A stretch of DNA of 47,710 nt from Nitrospiraceae bacterium. GTDB taxonomy: Bacteria > Nitrospirota > Nitrospiria > Nitrospirales > Nitrospiraceae. The position numbers were made by a program, and so were the translations under genes. The DNA is taken from assembly GCA_037442105.1 (NCBI GenBank), contig JBBIQV010000022.1:1-47710 (forward strand). The letters are read 5' to 3'. Positions 30,605-39,706 of this stretch are shown here, piece after piece. The first letter of the stretch is position 1; every line of letters starts with the position of its first letter. The notes under the pieces are model-generated. The model saw only the letters and a list, made by a program, of their open reading frames with translations. It was not told the origin of the DNA and did no database searches.

Positions 30605-31429
30605 CTATCGGATATCGGCATAGAGGTAATCCGCCCCGACTGTGAGCCGCTCCAGCCAACGGAGAAACCGCGACACTTCCTCGCCCCGGAAGATGCAGCC
30701 ATGCTGCGGCACCATCGCCTGGATCGTGAGGCCGTTCAATTTCCTGACAAAACCGGCCACGGCTTTGTTCGAACTCATATATCGCTGATGAAACCCCTGC
30801 ATGGACGCGACATGCTCCTGCCAATCGTCGATCACCAGACGGGGCTTCCCATCCTTGTACACGGCGGCTCCGATATCTCCAGAAAACAGAAATCCGCTCA
30901 CGGTGTCGAAGACGGCCATGTTCCCGGGCGAGTGAAGAAAGGGAGCCGTGATGCAGCGCAACTGGCCTCCGGTCTTGAGATTGATCGATACCCCCTCGTC
31001 CGGAACCGGAACATAGGACAACTTGGTCGCCATGAGTTGCGCCATGTCATAAGCCATGTAATGAGGCATGAACCGAGTCCACTGAGCCGGCACGACAACC
31101 TTCATTTTCATGCCGCCGGTTCTCATCCAGTGGGGGAGCGAGGCGCAGATATCGGGATCCTGGTGGCTAAAGAGCAGATGGGTCACTGTCATGGCTGAGG
31201 AGACTTGATTGACTTTTTGCAGAATCGGCAGATACCGATCATACCCGCCCGGTTCGAGCAGAAACCCTTCACCCCCATCCACCACGAGATAGCTGTTGCA
31301 TTCGATCTCCTCTCCCCCTGTGTGTACCCCCACCCAATAAATCTGGTGCTGCGGGTCGTCGAAGAGCGGAACTGCCCTGGAATAGTCGATCACACTGTTG
31401 GTCAAACCGAACAGCCGATTTCCACCCAT
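30605..31429 (-). CDS. Stand-alone MBL-fold di-iron protein, ODP/FDP-like (no flavodoxin domain)
   Basis: 'NSYL', 'SHQDPD', 'LHSPGN', 'FSGDIG' and 'PQHG' motifs. Confidence 0.8.
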   Translation of the reverse strand: MGGNRLFGLTNSVIDYSRAVPLFDDPQHQIYWVGVHTGGEEIECNSYLVVDGGEGFLLEPGGYDRYLPILQKVNQVSSAMTVTHLLFSHQDPDICASLPHWMRTGGMKMKVVVPAQWTRFMPHYMAYDMAQLMATKLSYVPVPDEGVSINLKTGGQLRCITAPFLHSPGNMAVFDTVSGFLFSGDIGAAVYKDGKPRLVIDDWQEHVASMQGFHQRYMSSNKAVAGFVRKLNGLTIQAMVPQHGCIFRGEEVSRFLRWLERLTVGADYLYADIR

Positions 31430-31447
31430 CTTGGACCTCCCCGTTGG

Positions 31448-31912
31448 TCATTCCTTCACGGTTTCACTCATCGATGCTGGACGCCTCCCTGCAAGGGAAA
31501 TGAACTCCATAGGGCTGATCGCCGGCTGATAGAGCACCTGAATCGTGTTGTCATCCGGATCCGCGAGGTAGAAGGAGTAGCTGCCGTCTCGATGCCGCTT
31601 CGGACGATGGACGATCTTGACGCCGTTCTGTTCAATCCATTCGAACATGCGGTCAACATCCTGCGGCGTCTCGACCACAAACCCGAAATGGTCCATCGCT
31701 CGGTTGCGCCCATCGAACCGGTCCGCCATTTCGTCCAGCGGAACTTGGTGCAACGCCAAGTTGTCGGCTCCCGAACTCAGATACACATGATCGGGATCCG
31801 GCTGCCAGACCACCCGCATCCCGAACAGGCACTCGTAAAAGGCGCGCGACTGCCGGACATCGATCACTCGAAGCGCGAGGTGTCGTAACCCTCGAATGAC
31901 TGGTGCGCTCAT
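31448..31912 (-). CDS. VOC (glyoxalase/bleomycin resistance/extradiol dioxygenase) family protein
   Basis: 'LRHLALRV...SRAFY..LFGM', 'DHFGF' and 'SFYLADPDDNTIQ'. Its ATG overlaps the upstream stop. Confidence 0.88.
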   Translation of the reverse strand: MSAPVIRGLRHLALRVIDVRQSRAFYECLFGMRVVWQPDPDHVYLSSGADNLALHQVPLDEMADRFDGRNRAMDHFGFVVETPQDVDRMFEWIEQNGVKIVHRPKRHRDGSYSFYLADPDDNTIQVLYQPAISPMEFISLAGRRPASMSETVKE

Positions 31913-33153
31913 GCGTACACCCCCATGGCTTGAAGCCGCTCCATCACGCTCAGCGGCCTGATGTCGATTCCGGCTTCGGTCGCGGCAATCTTTTGCAGCA
32001 AGTCCGGTCGCGACCCGATGGTCCGGAAGGTGCGATCCCGCAGCCAGAGGAGCGCACGATTCTTCGTTTCCCAGAGCCAGGCATATTCGTCCGCCACTCG
32101 TTGCAGCCGCTCCACGACCGGCCGTCGCATCTCCTCGTACGGACCCAACGCGCTTGCGGAGAAGTCCCCTCGCTTGAAACAACTCTCCAACACCGTTGCC
32201 AGAACCCTGCCGTCCTCCATCGCCTGGAAGCTTCCCTGTGCGACATGGGGATGGCAAGCATGGGCCGCGTCGCCTACCAGAGCCGCTCCATCTGAAACCC
32301 ATGATGCAGCGCGGACTCGGACCGGATTAAGGCGGGACACCCGGGTTTCATCCGTAACATTCTCCAGGGAATCTTCGAGGTCCGGTTCAATCGAGGTGAT
32401 GCGTCTCCCGATCGCGGCGAGTCTTTCTCCCGCCGTCGTTGCGAGGTCTCCGGTCCCGACCATATAGAGAAGGCACAGCCTGGTTGGTGAGTACGGGAAA
32501 CATCCCAGCATCTCCCCCCGTCCCAGGTGGTAGCGAACCTGCCCAAAGCGGCGTCCGGAACAATTCATGGGTCGCCTGACAAGCAGACCGAGGAAGGAGT
32601 TCCGGTATCGTTTGATCCGACTCGTAATGTGCAGCGCCTCCCGAAATCGGGACGCACGGCCATCCGCACCGACGGTCACGGAGGCATAAAACTCCTGTTC
32701 GCGTTGGCCTTCCATGGCTCTGGCCCCGATGACCTGTTTCCCTTTGCGCATGACGGCGGTGAGCCTGGTATCCCAGTGGATACGTACGGTCGGGTGCTCG
32801 CGAAGGGCCTCCAGAAACAACCGTTTGGTCTGAGGAGACAATACAATCAGCGCATAGGGGTAGGGATGGTTCAAAATTCGGTAATCCACGTAGCACAGGG
32901 GTCCTCCACCGATCCGATAGAAATGGAACTGATCGACCTGTGCCAGAGTTCTGACTTTGAGCCGATCGAGGAGGTCCAGTTCCGCAAAAGCCTGCAGCGC
33001 GGCCGGTTGAACCATTTCCGGTCTATGTGTCGGGAGCGCCGGTTCCCGTTGTTGAAGAATCCTGACACGATAGCCCTGTCGCGCCAGTCGAAGACCAAGG
33101 CTGAGGCCTCCGACCCCAGCTCCTACGATCAGCACGTCACTGGAGTAGGCCAT
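31909..33153 (-). CDS. FAD-dependent monooxygenase (class A, UbiH/MhpA-like)
   Basis: 'IVGAGVGG', 'VGADGRAS' and 'LVGDAAH..HP..AQG...AMED'. Confidence 0.88.
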   Translation of the reverse strand: MAYSSDVLIVGAGVGGLSLGLRLARQGYRVRILQQREPALPTHRPEMVQPAALQAFAELDLLDRLKVRTLAQVDQFHFYRIGGGPLCYVDYRILNHPYPYALIVLSPQTKRLFLEALREHPTVRIHWDTRLTAVMRKGKQVIGARAMEGQREQEFYASVTVGADGRASRFREALHITSRIKRYRNSFLGLLVRRPMNCSGRRFGQVRYHLGRGEMLGCFPYSPTRLCLLYMVGTGDLATTAGERLAAIGRRITSIEPDLEDSLENVTDETRVSRLNPVRVRAASWVSDGAALVGDAAHACHPHVAQGSFQAMEDGRVLATVLESCFKRGDFSASALGPYEEMRRPVVERLQRVADEYAWLWETKNRALLWLRDRTFRTIGSRPDLLQKIAATEAGIDIRPLSVMERLQAMGVYA

Positions 33154-33155
33154 CC

Positions 33156-33641
33156 TCAGTTTTCCGCCGCAGCGTCCGTCGCCGTGGCGGCGGGCACCGC
33201 TTCTTTCACCATCAGGGGAAGAAACCGGCAATCCTTTGGAAAGGCCGGCGATGACTCCTCGATTGCTCCGAAGAACGGACAGGATACGGTCTGGATGACC
33301 ACCTGGGCGACGTCTTCTCGGTTGACGTGCGGCAGGTGGACATTGTGAAACATGGTTAAGCGACCATCGCGGAGATCGTAGAGCAGCGCAAGGGTGTTCT
33401 GCCGGCATTGCTGCTCGATCAGCAGCAACGCCTGCAGCAGCATGAGCCGGTCATCCGCTTTGCACGCCCCGTCATCGACAAGGATGACCACCTGCGGCCG
33501 AAGGCGCTTGAGCGCATGGATCCCCTCCATTAAATCCGTCGTCACCGTGGTGGGGAATCCGGTCCTGAGCCCCGCCAGCATGAACCGGAACCAGTTCCCG
33601 GCTTGCTCGTTCCGCGTGATCACCAGGATGCGCCTTCTCAT
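33156..33641 (-). CDS. Hypothetical protein with a degenerate receiver-like N-terminus
   Basis: 'RRILVITRN...EGIHALKRLRPQVVILVDD' resembles a REC fold without the acidic pocket. Lies 2 nt upstream of the monooxygenase. Confidence 0.55.
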   Translation of the reverse strand: MRRRILVITRNEQAGNWFRFMLAGLRTGFPTTVTTDLMEGIHALKRLRPQVVILVDDGACKADDRLMLLQALLLIEQQCRQNTLALLYDLRDGRLTMFHNVHLPHVNREDVAQVVIQTVSCPFFGAIEESSPAFPKDCRFLPLMVKEAVPAATATDAAAEN

Positions 33642-33652
33642 GGCTTAACTCT

Positions 33653-33722
33653 CAGCGAGCAGCTAGTAGCGAACAGCGAGTGGCTCTGAGCTATTCGCTA
33701 TTAGCTGTTTTGGCTATTCGCT
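33653..33722. repeat. Heptamer tandem/inverted repeat hairpin
   Basis: cagcgag cagctag tagcgaa cagcgag tggct ctg agcta ttcgcta ttagctg ... ttcgct; same GGCTCTGAGC centre as the copy at 45037. Confidence 0.85.
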
Positions 33723-34486
33723 CAATGATGTTGATGCGCGCTCGCCGTGGACTCCTGATTCTCCTGCGTGGACGGCGCCTGCGCCGATTCAGGCTTCTCC
33801 AACTCTTCGATCCGCAAGCGCGCATCCTCCACCAACATGGCATGCTCGTCCCCGGCCAGTTCAATAAATTTCCGATAATTCTCGATGGCCTTGTCCTTGG
33901 TATGGACGCCGTCATAGAGAATCGCCCGGTTAAAATAGGCCCGCGGGTAGGCGGGATCGAGGTCGATCGCCTTCTGCCACATCTCCAGCGCCTCTTTAAA
34001 CTTCTGCAGCCCGTAGTAGCAGTTTCCGATGCTGTTGTGGCCGACGGGCGAATTGGGCGACCGTTTGACCACTTCCTGATAGAACTCCAGCGCCTCCTCC
34101 AGCCGATTCTGATCGAAATGCAGGTTGCCGAGGCCCTGGTAGGCCTCCACCAACTCGGAGTCATGCTGGAGCGCCAAGCGATACAGCGATATGGCTTTCT
34201 CGGGTCTGCCTGCTTCGTGATTGATCCGGCCGAGCGCGAGGTAGGCTGCCGCGAAATCGGGCTTCACACGGATGGCCGCCACGAACGCTTCTGTCGCGGC
34301 ACGCAGCCGGCCTTGCTTGATCGCTTCTTGTCCGCGCGCCAGCAGCGCCGCAGCCTCTTCGTTCGCCGCAGGCGACGAGACACCTGGTTGAGCCTCAGCT
34401 CCGACCGCCGGCCATGCAAAGAGCAGGGTGGCTGTGGCGATCACGGAGACCAGGGCAAAGGTGATGATGAGATTCCGCTCAGCCAT
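33722..34486 (-). CDS. Exported tetratricopeptide-repeat protein
   Basis: Signal peptide and about five TPR units ('AYLALG', 'AYQGLG', 'GHNSIG', 'AYFNRA'); RBS GGAGG; ends in HQHH. Confidence 0.88.
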   Translation of the reverse strand: MAERNLIITFALVSVIATATLLFAWPAVGAEAQPGVSSPAANEEAAALLARGQEAIKQGRLRAATEAFVAAIRVKPDFAAAYLALGRINHEAGRPEKAISLYRLALQHDSELVEAYQGLGNLHFDQNRLEEALEFYQEVVKRSPNSPVGHNSIGNCYYGLQKFKEALEMWQKAIDLDPAYPRAYFNRAILYDGVHTKDKAIENYRKFIELAGDEHAMLVEDARLRIEELEKPESAQAPSTQENQESTASAHQHH

Positions 34487-35624
34487 TCCGCACCTCCACC
34501 CGCCGGGCCCGGTTGTTGTTGGGCTCGACGATGATGACATGACCGTTCGGATCAACGGCCACACCGGTCGGGAAAGCCAAGTTGGCCTTTGTCGCGGGTC
34601 CATTGTCGCCCGAGAAACCACGCTGCCCGGTGCCCGCGATCGTCGTCACGATCCCGGTCTTGACATCGACCTTGCGAACACGATCGTTGCCGGCGTCGGC
34701 GATGTACACGTTCCCGGCCGCATCCAACGCCACTCCGGCCGGCTGATTGAGGCAGGCTTCTTTGGCAGGACCGCCGTCACCGCAAAATTGGTTGACTCCC
34801 TTGCCGGCCACAATGGTCACCTTTCGAGTGGCAACCTCGACCTTCTTGATGCGGTTGAGGAATGAATCCGCCACGTAGAGGCTCCCTTTGCCGTCATAGG
34901 TCAACCCCACCGGCGCCACGAAGAGGCCTCGGATCGTCGGCGTTCCGGATGAATCCGTCTTGGCCCCCGGCGTACCTTCACCCACCATGCTGGAAATAAA
35001 CCCGCTCTTCTTATCCACCCGACGAATGCCGCCGTTCTCCGAGTCTGCGATATAGAGATTGCCCTCCTCATCCACGGCAACAGACGTTGGGTAGGACAGG
35101 AGCGCAGCGAGTGCCGGACCATTATCTCCACCGAGCCCTCGAATCCCCTGACCGGCGACCGTGGTGATGATGCCGGTCTTGGCGTCCACTCGGCGGATTC
35201 GATGATTCCGCGCGTCGGCGATAAACAGATTTCCTTCCCGATCCGTGGCCAGGCCCATGGGAAACGCCAGACTCGCCTTGGCGGCCGGTCCACCGTCGCC
35301 GCTGTAGTCGCGGGTTCCGTTCCCCGCCACAGTCGTGATGGTCCCCGATGCCGCGTCCACTTTCCGGACTCGGTTGTTCGTGGAATCTGAGACATAAATG
35401 TTGCCCGCCACATCTACGGCGACCCCGCGCGGATTGCTCAAGCTGGCCGCAAGGGCGGACCCGCCATCGCCTTTGAATTCCGCGGTTCCGTTTCCCGCAA
35501 CCGTGGAGATCACCGATTTCCCGGTCTTGCCGTCGGTTTTCTCGGCGGCGCCGATGGCGCTTGTCCAGGCCATCGTCCCGAAAACAAGACTGAGAGCCGT
35601 CAGAACCTGCGTCGTTCGTTTCAT
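34479..35624 (-). CDS. Exported NHL-repeat beta-propeller protein
   Basis: Six GDGG...P.G.A.D..GN.YIAD..N.R.R repeats; signal peptide; RBS AAGGAGG. Confidence 0.9.
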   Translation of the reverse strand: MKRTTQVLTALSLVFGTMAWTSAIGAAEKTDGKTGKSVISTVAGNGTAEFKGDGGSALAASLSNPRGVAVDVAGNIYVSDSTNNRVRKVDAASGTITTVAGNGTRDYSGDGGPAAKASLAFPMGLATDREGNLFIADARNHRIRRVDAKTGIITTVAGQGIRGLGGDNGPALAALLSYPTSVAVDEEGNLYIADSENGGIRRVDKKSGFISSMVGEGTPGAKTDSSGTPTIRGLFVAPVGLTYDGKGSLYVADSFLNRIKKVEVATRKVTIVAGKGVNQFCGDGGPAKEACLNQPAGVALDAAGNVYIADAGNDRVRKVDVKTGIVTTIAGTGQRGFSGDNGPATKANLAFPTGVAVDPNGHVIIVEPNNNRARRVEVRNG

Positions 35625-35644
35625 GTTGGCCTCCTTCACCTATG

Positions 35645-35712
35645 AGCAAATAGCGAATAGCAAACAGATCTGAGTCAGTCGCTGCTAGCTGCTCGCTACC
35701 AGCTATGAGCTG
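35645..35712. repeat. Heptamer tandem/inverted repeat
   Basis: agcaaa tagcgaa tagcaaa cag ... gctgcta gctgctc gctacca gctatga gctg. Confidence 0.72.
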
Positions 35713-35714
35713 TT

Positions 35715-36185
35715 TCAATGCATATGCGCGAAGCTCACCTTAAACGTGTTCCCCTCCGTGGGCGTCAACGGTGACTGGCCGGCCGAGGTCCGGACCACCA
35801 CCAGCCTTGGCCCCAGCGGCGCATGCACCAGGATCGTGACCTTGACCGTCGCAATCGTACCTTCGCTGTTGACCACCGGCTGGTCTTCGACCACAATCCC
35901 GGTCGATGGTATGAAACGTACCTCCGAGGCTCCCGTCAGGTTCTGCCCCTCAAGCGTCAGCGAGAACACCCAGCCGGCCGGACCCCACTTCGGCGAAACC
36001 GATGATATGTGAGGCGCGCCCTGACCCTCGTCGCCGATGACCGTTGTCTCAAGAAGTCCTCCCGGCTCGTTCTTCCCCTCATCCGCAACAGCCGCCTGGG
36101 CACCGGGTCCCCACACCACCAGTCCAACGACACCCACCAAAATCCAATTCCGCAATGTACCAACCGGAACGCTCATTGTTCCCAT
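35715..36185 (-). CDS. Exported Ig-like (IPT/TIG-like) domain protein
   Basis: Signal peptide; 'PHISSVSP..G..G....LTLEGQNL...APLGPR.VVVRT..G' is an IPT-like pattern; ends in HMH. Confidence 0.65.
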   Translation of the reverse strand: MGTMSVPVGTLRNWILVGVVGLVVWGPGAQAAVADEGKNEPGGLLETTVIGDEGQGAPHISSVSPKWGPAGWVFSLTLEGQNLTGASEVRFIPSTGIVVEDQPVVNSEGTIATVKVTILVHAPLGPRLVVVRTSAGQSPLTPTEGNTFKVSFAHMH

Positions 36186-36190
36186 GGCCT

Positions 36191-36272
36191 CTCACCTCAC
36201 TCTCTTCAATCTCTCCTCACCCCTCACCCTCTTTTACCTCTTACCACTCACCGCTCACCCCTCACCATTCTC
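36191..36272. repeat. Heptamer repeat, (TCACCCC)n variant
   Basis: tcacccc tcaccct ... ttacctc ttaccac tcaccgc tcacccc tcacc. Shorter copies at ~12450-12470 and 42170-42197. Confidence 0.7.
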
Positions 36273-37176
36273 AGTGCGCCCCTTCCTTGCTCGTAACCGC
36301 CTCGATCTTGTCGGCGAGTTTTTCGGCCAACGCGGGCTCGGTAGCGGCCAGAATCTCCAAATGCTCGCGGGCCCGCTTCACATCGCCGGCACCCTGATAG
36401 AGATAGGCTACGGCCAAGTTGTATCGCGCGCCGGCGTGGTTGGGACTCCACGAGAGGACTTTTTGAAAGGCCTCCATCGCCAGCGCGTTGTAATCGGTGA
36501 GATCGGGCGTCGGAAGATCCGCCAATCCGACCATGCTTTTTCGGCCGTACGCCAAACCCAAGTTATAGTATCCCTCCACATTCCGCGGATCGATCTGCGT
36601 GAGTTCGCGGAACTCCCGAATCGCCTCGTCGATATCTCCTTTCTTGTCGGCCAGTACTCCCAAAGCGAATCGTGCCGGCAGATGCTGCGGATCACTTTGG
36701 ACCGTGGCCCGGAACTGACCTACCGCCATGTCATCCAGCTTGCGTTTCTGATACAAAAGCCCAAGCCGAAAGTGCGCCTCTGTATGGTCAGGCTGGAGAG
36801 CGAGCACTTCGATGAACTCATGGATGGCCCGGTCATCATCGCCTTTCTGGTTCGCCACGATGCCCATCGCCACATGCGGATCAGGATCTTTGGGACGCAG
36901 CTCAGCCGCTTTCGCCAGCATGGGCATGGCATCATCCCATCGTTCGCGCTCGCCCAACAGCAGCCCCAGATTGTAGTGCGCTTCGGCGTGATCCGGTTCC
37001 AGCCATACCACGGCCTCAAACAGCTCGATCGCCTTGTCCACCTGCCCCTGCTCGCTTGCCAGAACGCCCCGGGTGAAATAGTCGATCCGGCCCTCGGCAT
37101 CCGGCTCGGCGGCGGCACCATGCCCGACCACAGTCAGCAGCATCAGGCTGACACACACACTAAATAGGATTCTCAC
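36271..37176 (-). CDS. Exported tetratricopeptide-repeat protein
   Basis: GTG start after AAGGAGGGAG; signal peptide; six to seven TPR units ('AHYNLG', 'AHFRLG', 'ARFALG', 'GYYNLG', 'ARYNLA'). Confidence 0.88.
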   Translation of the reverse strand: MRILFSVCVSLMLLTVVGHGAAAEPDAEGRIDYFTRGVLASEQGQVDKAIELFEAVVWLEPDHAEAHYNLGLLLGERERWDDAMPMLAKAAELRPKDPDPHVAMGIVANQKGDDDRAIHEFIEVLALQPDHTEAHFRLGLLYQKRKLDDMAVGQFRATVQSDPQHLPARFALGVLADKKGDIDEAIREFRELTQIDPRNVEGYYNLGLAYGRKSMVGLADLPTPDLTDYNALAMEAFQKVLSWSPNHAGARYNLAVAYLYQGAGDVKRAREHLEILAATEPALAEKLADKIEAVTSKEGAH

Positions 37177-37290
37177 GGCTCCCTCCTTACTTGGCCAGTT
37201 AAAGGGAGGAAGGGAAGCCCAGGAGGCCGTCCAAGCAAACTTCCCTTCCCCCGGAAGAGGTGGCACATTCGCCCCTTCCCATATATGAGT

Positions 37291-37396
37291 AGCCTTCAGC
37301 GCTCAGCTTTCAGCTCTCAGCACTCGGTCGAATGTTATTGTCTGAGTCAGGAACCGCCCGCTTTGGGCTGACCGCTGACTGCTGACTGCTGATTGC
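37291..37396. repeat. Heptamer repeat, (TCAGC)n...(GCTGA)n variant overlapping the radical SAM 3' end
   Basis: tcagcgc tcagctt tcagctc tcagcac ... gctgacc gctgact gctgact gctgatt. Confidence 0.78.
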
Positions 37397-38317
37397 ATGT
37401 TCGACGCGGCTTCCCTGCCGAGTTCCCCTTCGCCGGAACTCTTCATTGATCAAATGGATCACTTGCAATTTCGTCACTCCCCAATGGGGAGCCACCACAT
37501 AAGGCTCGGCGACTTCCCCGGTCACGCGCTGCACGACCACCGAGGCGGGAATCCGTTCCAGGAAATCGCATACGAGTCCGATATACTCGCGCAGCCTCAG
37601 CACTCGGATGGCGGAACGACGATATGAGCGCTCCAGCGCCGTCCCTTTGGTCACATAAAGGTGGTGCAGCTTCAACCCATCGATCGCGAGCTGCGCCAAG
37701 CGGTTGGCCGTCACCAGCATCATGTCCCGCGTCTCACCGGGAAGACCCAGAATCGCATGGGCACAGACACGCAACCCTCGCTGCTGCGCTCGCCGCACCG
37801 CATCCAGAAACTGCGCATAGCTATGACGCCGGTTGAGCCGGCGAAGCGTCACGTCGTGGCTGCTCTGCAGTCCGAGCTCCAGCCAGAGATGGGTCCGGCC
37901 GGCATACTCCTTCAAGAGATCCAGGACCGGATCGGGCACACAGTCCGGCCTTGTGCCGATCGCAAGTCCCACCACGTCGGGATGGTACATGGCTTGGTCG
38001 TACACCTGGCGCAACTGGTCCAACGATCCGTAGGTATTCGTATAGGCCTGGAAGTAGACGATGAACTTATCACCGGCCAGCCGTTCCCGGTAAAACTTCA
38101 TACCCTCTTCAATCTGGCGCGTGACACTGGTGAGTGCGTGGCGCGAATTCGAACTGAAGCTGGCGTTGTTGCAGAAGACGCAACCACCGCGGCCCACGGC
38201 CCCATCGCGGTTGGGACATGTGAATCCCGCATCAATGGCGACCTTAAACACGCGGTAGGGGAATTGATCCCTCAAGTACCGCCCACCGGAATAAAACAGT
38301 TGCGCCGACTCCGCCAT
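37310..38317 (-). CDS. Radical SAM protein, TIGR01212/YhcC family
   Basis: 'DAGFTCPNRDG....GGCVFC', 'YFQAYTNTY', 'IGTRPDC', 'ELGLQS', 'ILGLPGE' and 'KLHHL'. Confidence 0.9.
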   Translation of the reverse strand: MAESAQLFYSGGRYLRDQFPYRVFKVAIDAGFTCPNRDGAVGRGGCVFCNNASFSSNSRHALTSVTRQIEEGMKFYRERLAGDKFIVYFQAYTNTYGSLDQLRQVYDQAMYHPDVVGLAIGTRPDCVPDPVLDLLKEYAGRTHLWLELGLQSSHDVTLRRLNRRHSYAQFLDAVRRAQQRGLRVCAHAILGLPGETRDMMLVTANRLAQLAIDGLKLHHLYVTKGTALERSYRRSAIRVLRLREYIGLVCDFLERIPASVVVQRVTGEVAEPYVVAPHWGVTKLQVIHLINEEFRRRGTRQGSRVEHAISSQQSAVSPKRAVPDSDNNIRPSAES

Positions 38318-38350
38318 GGCCTCACACCCACAAGAGTCTTAACCTGAGTC

Positions 38351-38908
38351 TCACCCTTCTTTGCCTGCCGCACGCACGCACTGCCACGCATACACGGCGA
38401 TCAGCGTGCCTACGGCCGACAGGTACAGCCCACCGAACGGAATGAAGAACCATCGCTCGGCCAGCACGAAGGCGGCGGATTTGCCTTGTACGGGCAACGC
38501 CAGCGCGACCGTCAGCCAGCCAAAGGGATACAACAACCCCAGTATTGTCCAACCCATTAAGAACGCCCGCATACGGTCGCCGACCTGGATATTCGCAATC
38601 ACCGTCACCAGCGCGAGTGTCACCAGCGCCAGCCCGTGCGTGTGGACATGAAACGTATGCAACCGAGCCAGAACTTCCTGCGCAATACCCTCCACGATGT
38701 TCTGGTCCACATCGCTGAGACCGGTCAGTTGGTGCACGGCCGGGTGCTCCTTTGCGGCTTCGGCCGCCGTTGCCAGAATCTGACTGCGAAACCCGCCTTG
38801 CAACGCCCCCGTCAACTCACCCCATCCGAAGAGAAGCAGACAGGCGAGCACCGCAAGGGCAGGCGGAGCTTTCACCGCCGCAACCTCCGCTGCGCTTCGC
38901 TCCCTCAT
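38351..38908 (-). CDS. Four-TM membrane protein with His-rich motif
   Basis: Hydrophobic helices with 'RLHTFHVHTHGLA' at the start of TM2; translationally coupled to the upstream gene. Confidence 0.65.
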   Translation of the reverse strand: MRERSAAEVAAVKAPPALAVLACLLLFGWGELTGALQGGFRSQILATAAEAAKEHPAVHQLTGLSDVDQNIVEGIAQEVLARLHTFHVHTHGLALVTLALVTVIANIQVGDRMRAFLMGWTILGLLYPFGWLTVALALPVQGKSAAFVLAERWFFIPFGGLYLSAVGTLIAVYAWQCVRAAGKEG

Positions 38909-39612
38909 GTTCCGCCTCCCCTAGCCGACATCAAGACCGTTCCAAGCTGTCCGCTCACCAGTTGATCCTGAAAACCCTGGAGGAGACCGGCGAGAAACTC
39001 AGCTCGCAGCGACCGCAGGCCGGCGGCATCACCCCGCTTCACCGCCACCGCCATCCGATCCAGAAGCTGATCCAGAGACTTGATCTGCTGCGGTGCCCGG
39101 AACTTGAGCAGTCGCTCGAACATGTGCGAGAAATAGTCGTGCGCGACCGCCAACACCGCGGCCTTGGTTTCAAGACGCGCATCGGCGGCCTGCATGAGCA
39201 ACTCCAGCCGGTCCAACTTTTCCAGGATCAGGAGAAAGGAGAGCGAGTAGAGTACCCGCTGAAGATGAGGCACGTCTTTCTGATCCAGCGCGCGCGTCGT
39301 ATCGTCTGCCAGTGTCGTTTGGTACGTTGCGTCGAGACGCTGGGCGGTGTGATGCAGCCCGACTTCCTGAATGAGCCGTCCGCGGCTGCTGTCCGGGAAA
39401 TCCTCCCGGATCGCAGCCGCCTTGGCATAAGCCTGCTCCGGCTTTCCACGGTTGATCAGCAGCAGAGTATCGTGCATCCGCTCCAAAAGGACCGGTACAG
39501 GTTGGCTCAGTTCATGAGCCTGCGCCGGCCCTGTAGAGCCCCACAGTACCAATGCGAGAATACCCCACCGCAGAACGGATACGCACATTGTGTCCGTTCC
39601 ACCATCTTTCAT
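38905..39612 (-). CDS. Exported all-helical hypothetical protein; mature form probably starts with His
   Basis: RBS GAGGAGG before ATG 39612; signal peptide ending 'AQA|HELSQ'. Confidence 0.65.
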   Translation of the reverse strand: MKDGGTDTMCVSVLRWGILALVLWGSTGPAQAHELSQPVPVLLERMHDTLLLINRGKPEQAYAKAAAIREDFPDSSRGRLIQEVGLHHTAQRLDATYQTTLADDTTRALDQKDVPHLQRVLYSLSFLLILEKLDRLELLMQAADARLETKAAVLAVAHDYFSHMFERLLKFRAPQQIKSLDQLLDRMAVAVKRGDAAGLRSLRAEFLAGLLQGFQDQLVSGQLGTVLMSARGGGT

Positions 39613-39635
39613 CGTCGGCCTCCTCGTATGAATCA

Positions 39636-39706
39636 CGCGAGAGGCACGAGGCTTGAGGCGAGGAGGCTTTCCCATAAACTCCTCGCCTCGAGCCCTTCGC
39701 CTCTTG
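39636..39706. repeat. Heptamer repeat, (GAGGCNN)n...(CCTCG)n variant
   Basis: gaggcac gaggctt gaggcga ... ctcgcct cgagccc ttcgcct. A further TAGCGAA-type copy lies at ~39913-39967. Confidence 0.65.

Noticed and set aside
37200..37282. Structured RNA or riboswitch between the radical SAM and TPR genes
   Set aside because: Purine/pyrimidine-rich hairpins are possible, but I recognise no known motif; a covariance search would be needed.
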